64,000 nucleotides of DNA from Geopsychrobacteraceae bacterium. Its GTDB lineage: Bacteria > Desulfobacterota > Desulfuromonadia > Desulfuromonadales > Geopsychrobacteraceae. The stretch lies in the NCBI GenBank assembly GCA_963676795.2, contig CAXXTB010000002.1:2016001-2080000 (forward strand), written 5' to 3'. Shown here piece after piece: positions 1 through 8,328 of this stretch (position 1 is the stretch's first letter; each line of letters opens with the position of its first letter). The position numbers and the translations under genes were made by a program. A model generated the notes under the pieces. The model worked only from the letters and a program-made list of their open reading frames with translations. It was not told where the DNA came from and made no database searches.

Positions 1-349
1 TCTTGCCGGTGAATATTTCGAACGCGTACTGAGTAACCTCGACATCATCCGGGTGTTTATCGGTGAAGTCGTCATGATTCAAAAACTTGGCCTCGAATCC
101 TGGTACGCCCCGGTCGCATTCAAAAAACACTTTCTCGAATATCTCTGCGAGTATGCTGATCGCCACAATCTCGACTTCCAGGATGTCGACAAACTCGTTG
201 AGTTTTTCGTCTGTCTGGTCACTCGCCGTGCACTTGAGTACAACATGCATGACAACATCACCGACTATGTTCCGGCATTAAAAACCAGGTTTGTAACGAC
301 CAATACCGGCCCGATAGCCTACCTGGCAGAACTGATCAAACATCCATAA
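1..349 (+). CDS. 3' part of a hypothetical protein, truncated by the window edge (possibly TetR-like C-terminus)
   Basis: Frame is open from position 2 (LAGEYFERVLSNLDIIRVFIGE...) to the stop at 349; no diagnostic motif. Confidence 0.5.
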   Translation, partial: LAGEYFERVLSNLDIIRVFIGEVVMIQKLGLESWYAPVAFKKHFLEYLCEYADRHNLDFQDVDKLVEFFVCLVTRRALEYNMHDNITDYVPALKTRFVTTNTGPIAYLAELIKHP

Positions 350-702
350 CGCTTAAACCGATTATTCGCCAGCGATCTGCACAACGATGTCAAACAACTG
401 ATCGCAACCGCTTCACACGGCCGCAAGCAGTAATGCTGACAACCACACAACAACAAGCGTCCAGCCGAAGCTCATCAAGGTTCGGATAATAATCTATTCG
501 GCGGCCTTCTCTTGCCCCGAATCCCAGCTCTCGCCAAAGCGCAGAATCGATTTTGCTGCGACAAGAAAGCCCACCCACTGGGTCTGCCCCATGACGACAA
601 AAAGGAAATCAAGGACCTTTCAGGCCTCCAATAAGCCGGCCCTCATATGAAAAAACCTTGAAACCGAAGCTATTTGATATGTGAAACAAGAGGCGCAGAA
701 AG

Positions 703-734
703 AAAATGGCTATGCCCTTAAGCATAGCCATTTT
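703..734 (-). terminator. Intrinsic terminator downstream of the displaced tRNA 3' fragment (probably the original host tRNA terminator)
   Basis: AAAATGGCTATGC-N6-GCATAGCCATTTT perfect 13-bp stem, next to the att repeat. Confidence 0.75.
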
Positions 735-741
735 AATCTAG

Positions 742-799
742 GTGGTACCCGGGACGAGACTTGAACTCGTACAATCCGAAGATCGAGGGATTTTAAGTC
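742..799 (-). repeat. att direct repeat: duplicated 3' part of tRNA-Leu
   Basis: 58 bp identical to 9584-9641, from the CCA end through the anticodon loop; flanking bases differ. Confidence 0.95.
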
Positions 800-913
800 G
801 GAATCCCACGACAACCCACAACACGTAGCAAATGATTTTACTCATATTTTCAAGAACTTAGCAGACGTCATCATTTGTTATGAGTTGTCAAAAATCGCAT
901 TTTTTTGTATTCA

Positions 914-933
914 AGTGGACCACCAGTGGACCA
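914..933 (+). promoter_or_regulatory. Putative integrase arm-type binding sites (left)
   Basis: AGTGGACCA twice with 11-bp period (914, 925); the same pair recurs at 9505-9523. Confidence 0.65.
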
Positions 934-1077
934 CAAAACATGCCAACGATCTCATATAGTATCCCTAAAACTACCCCCATTAATCGTTAATAGAATTCAC
1001 GCTAAGGAATCGAAAATTTAAGCATTCATATCTATATTGCTATTTTAGCTGCCATAAGGCCCTGAACTGAACAATCG

Positions 1078-2958
1078 TCATTGATACAGCTTCTCTTGTA
1101 TTTGAAACTCTTTTTGGTCCACCGTTGCCTTATATAATCGGTAAAAGCTATGCGACCTTACACCTTGAAACTGAATTAGCTCGATATAGTGCGCCCCATC
1201 TTTGAAAAAGACATCTTCCGAGATACTTCCTGGGTATGGTTCGGTATAAATGACTTTTTTAATTTTTGATTGATATATTTTTTTTGCGCACAGCTCACAG
1301 GGGAACGTTGTCGTATAGATAGTTCCACCCTCAACACCATTGCCCCCTAATATTGAACTTTGTAAAATTGCATTTTCTTCGGCATGCAAAGCTCTGCAAT
1401 ATTCCAATCGTTTAGGAGAAAAATTATCAACTATTAGAGATGACAGATCCTTTGTCCCTTCTTTATCAACCTCGTAGTTACTAACCCATTCATTCAGACT
1501 ACTGCTCGAATAAAATTTTGAAAATGTTTTGTATCTAGAGTATTCATCTTTAAAGCAAAAACTATGATTCGGATTATTGTTATTAGATTTAATAAAATCG
1601 TTAAAGTCTGATTCATCGCCCTTAACAGAAACAGGAAAAAGAGGGATATTACTATTCAAGTCTTTAAATTTTCTAAGACCACAGGCTGTTTGACCAGACC
1701 CCACATCGTTCCATCCTGCCCCGACGATATACCCCTTTGGCCCAACAATAACTGCACCAACCTGTCTCGATATACAATTTGATTTAACACTCATACTATA
1801 AGCTTGTTGCATAAACATTTCTTCAGAAGAAGGGCTGATGCAACCAGGCCTACATATTAGTGCAAAATACTTCAATAAATATTGTTTAAGCCTTGTCTTG
1901 CTGCTCAAATTATTAATAGCAATATCGGATAAATGAACACACTTACTGACATTCTGCTTAAAAAATTCATTTATACCCAGGTCCCTACCCTGATCTCTTT
2001 TATCCCTATCACTGTTCCAGTTAGGTCTCTTTTCACGTATATCAACCGGTGTAAAAAGAGAGAATAAATAAAACTCGTAATATCTATTTCTAAAGTATTC
2101 AACTTCATATGGATTCCTAAATGCTTCTATAACAAATTGCCTATAATTTTTTTTACCTTCGAATTCGAGTCTCTTTTTATTTTTAAAGAATTTAATTATA
2201 TTATTCGCCTCGTTTGAGAGAACAACTAATGTCTTAGCATTATTACAGTCAAAATCAGTTTTATAATCAATAGGATTTCCGCATCTTCGTGCGTTATCAC
2301 CTAAATCTTGTAAAAGTTCTCCAATCCTATCAGCGCCAAGCGTTACTTTAATTATCTTCCTAAATGAGGAAACATAACCTAAAAATTCTTCAAAGATACT
2401 ATTTGAACCCTCATCAATTTTATACAACTCTCTATTTTCTATATACTTATTAACTTCAAGTACAATCTTGAACTTATTTTTATCAAATGATACTTGAGAC
2501 TTTAGAATCTTAAAATCGCTATTCAAATCATCATCATTAGATAATATTAAATTTTCAAGTGTAATCTTTAGTAAAATTTCCGTCATTGATATATGTTTAA
2601 AATCAGACTTTCCTCGATAATCCTTTAAAACAGTCAATGTTTCTCTAAGATGAAGATATTCCTTTAAATTTTCTGTTAGCTTGTCAATTTTAGTTATATT
2701 TTGTTTTTTTTCGTCGAGCTTATTATCATCAAGTTTTTTATCTTCAATATTTAAAGAATATTTCAATTTTGAAATTTGCTTATACAATGCCCTTATTTTT
2801 TGCTCAACTCTTGGCAAGGCATCTGTTGTTTTCTTATCAATATATTCATTAATCGATTCAGAAAAGAAGTTTGCTGATGTTGAACACCCCGAACTCAACG
2901 GCCCAGTAAAACCAACAATCAAAAAACCTTTTTTTATTTCATGGAAAATATTAGGCAT
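1078..2958 (-). CDS. avcD: Anti-phage dCTP/dCMP deaminase, AvcD type (P-loop domain plus Zn-dependent deaminase)
   Basis: N-terminal GFTGPLSSGCST; C-terminal SNCISRQVGAV, RALHAEENA, PCELCAKK, YTEPYP; RBS GGAGGT at 2964-2969. Confidence 0.85.
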   Translation of the reverse strand: MPNIFHEIKKGFLIVGFTGPLSSGCSTSANFFSESINEYIDKKTTDALPRVEQKIRALYKQISKLKYSLNIEDKKLDDNKLDEKKQNITKIDKLTENLKEYLHLRETLTVLKDYRGKSDFKHISMTEILLKITLENLILSNDDDLNSDFKILKSQVSFDKNKFKIVLEVNKYIENRELYKIDEGSNSIFEEFLGYVSSFRKIIKVTLGADRIGELLQDLGDNARRCGNPIDYKTDFDCNNAKTLVVLSNEANNIIKFFKNKKRLEFEGKKNYRQFVIEAFRNPYEVEYFRNRYYEFYLFSLFTPVDIREKRPNWNSDRDKRDQGRDLGINEFFKQNVSKCVHLSDIAINNLSSKTRLKQYLLKYFALICRPGCISPSSEEMFMQQAYSMSVKSNCISRQVGAVIVGPKGYIVGAGWNDVGSGQTACGLRKFKDLNSNIPLFPVSVKGDESDFNDFIKSNNNNPNHSFCFKDEYSRYKTFSKFYSSSSLNEWVSNYEVDKEGTKDLSSLIVDNFSPKRLEYCRALHAEENAILQSSILGGNGVEGGTIYTTTFPCELCAKKIYQSKIKKVIYTEPYPGSISEDVFFKDGAHYIELIQFQGVRSHSFYRLYKATVDQKEFQIQEKLYQ

Positions 2959-3410
2959 TTAGTACCTCCCAGTTCCCAAAAAGAAAACTACCAAGTCCAC
3001 AGTTAGATTATTACTACATGCAAAAGGCGAATCTTAACAAGCGAGCTATTAAATACTATGCAGGTTTATTAGAAACCAAATAGCATCCTACCTCTGTGCC
3101 CTTACAATTCGTGGCTTATAATGAATACAATGGGTACTAATTTTTTTCTAGTTTGGCGTAAAAATGGTACTGGACTGAATGGTAAAAAACATAAGAGTCA
3201 GAAGGAAAAATTATTGTCCTTTAAATTGATAGACTCTTGCCTTCTAAAAATGTTCGGAACGGTAGACTCTAAAAAAAGAACAGGACAAAAATTCAGCGTT
3301 ATTGAAATTCATTAGTACTCTTTCTTACTGCAGATAGTCAACTTTACTTTCTATCTTTGGGCATGTGTTGTAGATTTTACCACTATTGACTCTCAACACC
3401 CGGAGCACAA

Positions 3411-4301
3411 ATGTACAGCACAGCAAATTTTGAAAAATGGGCAGAAGGCAAACACCCATTTCTCGCAATGATCAGTCACAGCCTTGCAGTTCAATCAAAA
3501 ATGGCATATGGCTTCACCAAAATCATCCACGATGAAGACTTGTTTCTTGAAGACCTCCCATTCCCCGACCTTGACTCATGGCTAAAACTATTCCGTACAC
3601 ACAAAGACATTACCAAATATTTCTTTCAACTTTTCGAAAATCTAAGCGAACACGTTAATGCAACGGAAAAGGCCCTGAGTGGGCTAACCAAAGAGAGCAG
3701 TCAACAGATTAACAAATCAGACCTAGAAATTATTGATTCTGAAAAAATATTAAACGAATATCTACAAGCTCATAAAACTGTAGTAGATGATGCCGTAAAC
3801 CTTTCAACAAATGAAATTGAAAATTTTATCGTTTCTCCTGAATTTTACTTTTTATGTAGAGTTATAATCCCATGTGAAACTACTCATTTCACAGCACCGG
3901 CAATATTATATAGAAAAGCTCGTTTAAGAGACTTTGAAAGTCTTAAGAAATTAGTATCTCTCGATCCATCAACTATTTTTGACACTAGGATAGCTCGATT
4001 CATTCATGAACTTAGGAATAAAAACAGAGCAAAGTATGATCAGATTTTCTCTCTTATTCACAATAAATCAAATGCCAAAATAAGCCGGTGGAAATTTAAA
4101 GCGTTTTATGCAGCAATTATCACCAACTTTTCCATACAAATTGGCCAGAAGCTGACCGAACCGGAAATTAGGGATCTATTTGACGCTGTTGCACGTGACG
4201 AGGGAAAAGGCGAAATCGACACAGACCTACCAGAAACTCCTGACACATTTTACAAAGCCATAAAAAGACACCTTCACAAAAGTAATCTGTCGGACAAATA
4301 A
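3411..4301 (+). CDS. Hypothetical element core protein, possible DNA-binding regulator
   Basis: 296-aa ORF with GGAG RBS; basic helical C-terminus (LTEPEIRDLFD...TFYKAIKRH); directly upstream of rep. Confidence 0.6.
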   Translation: MYSTANFEKWAEGKHPFLAMISHSLAVQSKMAYGFTKIIHDEDLFLEDLPFPDLDSWLKLFRTHKDITKYFFQLFENLSEHVNATEKALSGLTKESSQQINKSDLEIIDSEKILNEYLQAHKTVVDDAVNLSTNEIENFIVSPEFYFLCRVIIPCETTHFTAPAILYRKARLRDFESLKKLVSLDPSTIFDTRIARFIHELRNKNRAKYDQIFSLIHNKSNAKISRWKFKAFYAAIITNFSIQIGQKLTEPEIRDLFDAVARDEGKGEIDTDLPETPDTFYKAIKRHLHKSNLSDK

Positions 4302-4401
4302 AATTCTCAGTTGTCCGAGTACTTTCCTCCCCATCTCATTACGCTCCTGATCAGAAGCAACGTTTAGATGTTTACGATCAATTCAACAAAAGGAGCTAGC
4401 A

Positions 4402-5637
4402 ATGACAGAAGATGTAGATTCTCAAAGGGGGCTGATGACTATCAGCCCCCCCTCAAAGGTGAACACCGACACCACACCCGCTCGAATTCTCGCATCAGGA
4501 TTGGACTCTTTAAATTTGGCCATAGACGTTCATTGGGCAAATTCGGAGTTATTCGACTACCTGAATCACCTCAAAGACATCGCAAAAAGTACCCGCAATG
4601 AAACGCCCGGTTTCTTCGTGTACGGCAAAAATAAAACCAAGTGGCAATTCACCCTAAAACCGCACGGGAGCAAAGGGTACGAATGGCTGATTTACAACAA
4701 GGAATTCACCCTACTTATCGGGTCATGGAAAACGCCTCAGTCCAAGCCAAGTATCATGGCTGAAATTCGCTCGGAAACGCTCTGGCATCTTGGGGCAAAA
4801 AGTGCTGTAGAAATGATTATTCTCCTCCTGCTTTCGCAAGGGGGAACAAAAATCACCCTCAAACCAAGCCGGGCTGATTTATGTGTAGATGTACTGCTTG
4901 TGGAGAAATTCTGGAATATGGAACTGCTCAAATATGCCGTAACCAGATCAACCTACATGGCCCCGCATTTCAACCACAGAAAAATGACCGGACTAAGCAT
5001 TGGTAAAGGCAAAATTTCCGCCCGGCTTTACGACAAACCTTTGGAAATTCGCCAAGTGTCCAAAAAACTCTGGATGTATGACGTTTGGGGAATAAAAGAA
5101 GTACCGGAAAACCGGAAAATTATCCGGGTAGAATTTCAACTTCGCCGGGAACTTTTGACGCAGTTAGCAATAAAAGACATAGATAACCTCTTTGAATATT
5201 TAGGTAATTTATGGAGTTATTGCAGTCAAAGATGGCTCAAATTCCAGACAAACCCCGGCAAACATCATACTCAAAGACAGGATTTACCCTGGTGGAAAAT
5301 TGTTCAAAATGGGTTCGAAGGCGCACAGGGGAAAAATCCCCTTATCCGCAGTAAAGCCGCTGGTTTTGACATCAGTCAAAATTTCGCCCAATCCATCGGC
5401 CATATCAGAGCATTAATCGCAGGGTTAATCGCAGGACATTATCTCGATGAATACGTCCCTGCGGAAATAGAATGGGGGCTTAATTTCATAGCCAGAAAAG
5501 TCAATGAAACAGAAGAACAGCAAGATGAATTTTCAGCATCCGTCAAAGAGAAATTAGCCAAAATCCACCGCTCAATTTCTCGTCACGTTGAAGCTGAAAG
5601 CAGAAGAAAAGAACTTAATTTACCAACTACCCTTTAA
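4402..5637 (+). CDS. Rolling-circle replication initiator / relaxase, Rep_trans-like
   Basis: Motifs SGLDSL, SRADLCVD, RLYDK (candidate catalytic Tyr), RVEFQLRR; AAGGAG RBS. Confidence 0.75.
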   Translation: MTEDVDSQRGLMTISPPSKVNTDTTPARILASGLDSLNLAIDVHWANSELFDYLNHLKDIAKSTRNETPGFFVYGKNKTKWQFTLKPHGSKGYEWLIYNKEFTLLIGSWKTPQSKPSIMAEIRSETLWHLGAKSAVEMIILLLLSQGGTKITLKPSRADLCVDVLLVEKFWNMELLKYAVTRSTYMAPHFNHRKMTGLSIGKGKISARLYDKPLEIRQVSKKLWMYDVWGIKEVPENRKIIRVEFQLRRELLTQLAIKDIDNLFEYLGNLWSYCSQRWLKFQTNPGKHHTQRQDLPWWKIVQNGFEGAQGKNPLIRSKAAGFDISQNFAQSIGHIRALIAGLIAGHYLDEYVPAEIEWGLNFIARKVNETEEQQDEFSASVKEKLAKIHRSISRHVEAESRRKELNLPTTL

Positions 5638-5649
5638 GGAGAAAATATC

Positions 5650-5871
5650 ATGGAAAAAACTATCGAAAAAAGCACCCCAAAAACCCGCCTGATTCCGGTT
5701 ACAAAATGGAATGATTTTCATACATGGCCACCAATTGGCGGCTTGCGTCATTTAATCTTTTATGAAAAAACAAACGGCTTTAGCCACTGCATTGTTCGCG
5801 TTGGCAGACGTGTACTTATTAACGAAGACAAGTTTTTTGAATGGGCGGAAAGAAACACAGCAACTATTTGA
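5650..5871 (+). CDS. Excisionase/AlpA-like small DNA-binding protein
   Basis: 73 aa, VRVGRRVLINEDKFFEW wing motif, AAGGAG RBS, between rep and int. Confidence 0.7.
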   Translation: MEKTIEKSTPKTRLIPVTKWNDFHTWPPIGGLRHLIFYEKTNGFSHCIVRVGRRVLINEDKFFEWAERNTATI

Positions 5872-6053
5872 AGTTACGTCGAAAAATAAAGAATGTCGAA
5901 GTATTTTTCTTGTAAAGTTGACGTGAAGTAAAGACAGCATAAAATTTATTTTTCTGCACATATTTTGTCAATGTTGATGAAATGCTGATATTTCAAATAT
6001 CAACAAAAGGCTAAGTAAACATGTCGATTAAAACGAACAAGATGAACCGCAGT

Positions 6054-7112
6054 TTAACTAAAAATACTGCGGTTCATCCGTTCGACGACTGAACTCGTAT
6101 GTGCCTCTGAAAGATGCGCATACCGTTTTACCATTTGTAGCGTTTTATGACCCAAAACTTCTGCAATTTCAGCCAGAGTGGCACCATTCATTGCAAGATA
6201 TGATGCAGCGGTATGCCGCAGATCATGAAACCGAAAGTCTTCAATTTTTGCCGCAACAATGACAGACTCCCAAGGCTTACGAATATCTACAGGCCTTGAC
6301 GCATCGCGTGACGGAAAAACAAGAGTAGAATCTATGCGACGAACCTTACTCAATTCGGTCAAAACATCATGAGCTAACCCAACGATTGGAACCGCCCTTC
6401 TTTCATTATTTTTCGTCTCGTGTAATACGAGCCTGTTTCTCTTCAAATCAATATCCTTCCAACGCAAATTCAGGATTTCGCCTTGCCGCATTCCTGTTGA
6501 AATCGCCAAGACTACAATTGGATATAAATATGAGGAACTTGATTTATTACATTCTTCCAGTAAACGCGCACGCTCTTCTTTATCCAAAAAGCGTACACGT
6601 CCCCTAGACTCAGAAGGCTTCCGAACATTTGAGACAGGATTTTGTTCAATCCATTGCCATTCTTTTACAGCTACACCCATGGCATGAGACAGCGCCGCCA
6701 AATAACGAACAACGGTAGCAGAAGAACGGACCGTCCCTCTATAAGTTGTACCCTTTAGGAGTTCATCTCTGCATTCAGAAATAAGAGCTGGCGTAACATC
6801 AGCGAGAGTATAAGCACCTAGCTTGTCTTTCCACCATTCCAACTGAGATTCTTGCTTTTTTTGACTTTTGGGCTTTGTTGGCAGGACATCCCTTGTGTAT
6901 CGATCAATAAGATCACCAAGGGTGTGTTTTTTAGCTTCGCTAGTTTTGAAATGACGACCTTCACGAATAGCCGCTTCCGTTTGCTGTGCCCAACGCTTAG
7001 CATCAGTCAAACGTTTAAAGGTAGCGGTTTGAGTTGGATAACCTTTTAAACGAACACGAACCTTGTAAGAAATTTCCCCACTATCGCTTATGCGCTTATC
7101 AATACTCGCCAT
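6054..7112 (-). CDS. Tyrosine recombinase/integrase
   Basis: GMRQGEIL, ETKN, FHDLRH, LGHK, RYAHL catalytic motifs. Confidence 0.95.
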   Translation of the reverse strand: MASIDKRISDSGEISYKVRVRLKGYPTQTATFKRLTDAKRWAQQTEAAIREGRHFKTSEAKKHTLGDLIDRYTRDVLPTKPKSQKKQESQLEWWKDKLGAYTLADVTPALISECRDELLKGTTYRGTVRSSATVVRYLAALSHAMGVAVKEWQWIEQNPVSNVRKPSESRGRVRFLDKEERARLLEECNKSSSSYLYPIVVLAISTGMRQGEILNLRWKDIDLKRNRLVLHETKNNERRAVPIVGLAHDVLTELSKVRRIDSTLVFPSRDASRPVDIRKPWESVIVAAKIEDFRFHDLRHTAASYLAMNGATLAEIAEVLGHKTLQMVKRYAHLSEAHTSSVVERMNRSIFS

Positions 7113-7264
7113 GGTTTCCTCCCGTAGATCACCAAAGCCTACAAGAAACCACGACAGAAGACAACAAGGGATATTAAATCTCCAATCTCATTAATTATAA
7201 TAATTACTTAAATATCAAAAGTCCACAGAGGGTCCACTAAAAGCGGTACCATAAATAACAGATT

Positions 7265-8326
7265 CTACTTATCCAACCATTCATCCACCCTATTTTTATA
7301 AGACGCCATTACATCATGGCGCCCACAAAGCTTAGGATTTATCAAAAATTCATAGCAAGTATTCAATGCGTCTCTGATCTCGTGCGCTCTCAATTCTGCA
7401 CAAAAAACCTTTATAAAATCTGACAAATCGACAATTGCCAAATCAAACCCAAGCTTGTTGCTAAAATCCAGTAATAGCTCAGGACTAGACAAAGCGTCAT
7501 CAGAGTTAATGTTTGAGGCAATAAGAATGTACTTCTGAAGCCCAGCTTCTCGCATTTTTGAACGAAGGTCTGGTATCCTGTTCTTCCAATCCTCTCGAAC
7601 CGTTACCTCATATGCATTAAGCAAAGTCCCATCAAGAAATTCCTCAATATCCCCATAAGTTTTGTCAAACTTATCTGAAGCATGAGGATGGTGAGTAACA
7701 ATATCTACTCCATAGCGCACCCTATGTCTTTTCAAAATTGCAGCAACAAGAAATTGCTGAATATGACCTTCAGAAGGAATAGAAATAAGACTATTTAACA
7801 ACGAAACAGATTTTGCATAAGTTAAATAATTTGCTGGAAGATTTGGCAAGGCTCTTGGAACAACTCGCGATTCACTCAATTGGCTACAAATATAATCAAA
7901 CATAACAAGTCGATTTTTCTTAGGAAGAGACAAATAACCAATAAAATCAGAAAATCTCGGATCACTAGACAGATCAAAATTTCTAACATTACCCTTAGTT
8001 CCGAGGTTTTCACCAAAAGCGGTAATATTTTTATGAAAAGTCACATATCTATCTGTTAGCTCAGACGAAAGCCTTTTATCTCCATATTTCCCACGAGTCC
8101 CAACAGGGATAGATTTTTTGTCCCAGGATGGATCCATTAATGAGTAAGACAAGAAAAACAAACAAGCAAGCTTTACACTTCCACCATTTTTAGAAAAAAA
8201 ACTTTCAAGGCTTGAGCGTATGTCCCTATCAGGAAGATCTACTACCTCTGCCCCATTGATGAACAAATCAACTTTTCTTAAAATTTCCGAAACGGCAGAC
8301 TCAACGTGTAAATTCCTTGGCATCAT
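7265..8326 (-). CDS. Probable type II restriction endonuclease (SacI-family-like)
   Basis: Starts 2 nt after the MTase stop; ASDK...GDIEE...YEV resembles a PD-(D/E)xK-like centre; the family is tentative; ATG at 8326 preferred over the track start at 8353. Confidence 0.65.
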   Translation of the reverse strand: MMPRNLHVESAVSEILRKVDLFINGAEVVDLPDRDIRSSLESFFSKNGGSVKLACLFFLSYSLMDPSWDKKSIPVGTRGKYGDKRLSSELTDRYVTFHKNITAFGENLGTKGNVRNFDLSSDPRFSDFIGYLSLPKKNRLVMFDYICSQLSESRVVPRALPNLPANYLTYAKSVSLLNSLISIPSEGHIQQFLVAAILKRHRVRYGVDIVTHHPHASDKFDKTYGDIEEFLDGTLLNAYEVTVREDWKNRIPDLRSKMREAGLQKYILIASNINSDDALSSPELLLDFSNKLGFDLAIVDLSDFIKVFCAELRAHEIRDALNTCYEFLINPKLCGRHDVMASYKNRVDEWLDK

Positions 8327-8328
8327 GC

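Noticed and set aside
350..702. Possible ncRNA or small ORF (390-578) left of the island
   Set aside because: Only short imperfect stems, no recognisable family, and the ORF lacks protein-like features
742..799. Second tRNA-Leu gene
   Set aside because: Lacks the 5' acceptor strand and D-arm; it is the att duplication
3121..3315. 64-aa ORF as a real gene
   Set aside because: No clear RBS or motif; kept only as a control for the sRNA hypothesis
6054..7112. Integron integrase or shufflon invertase
   Set aside because: No attC cassettes or multiple inversion repeats seen; the tRNA att pair explains it
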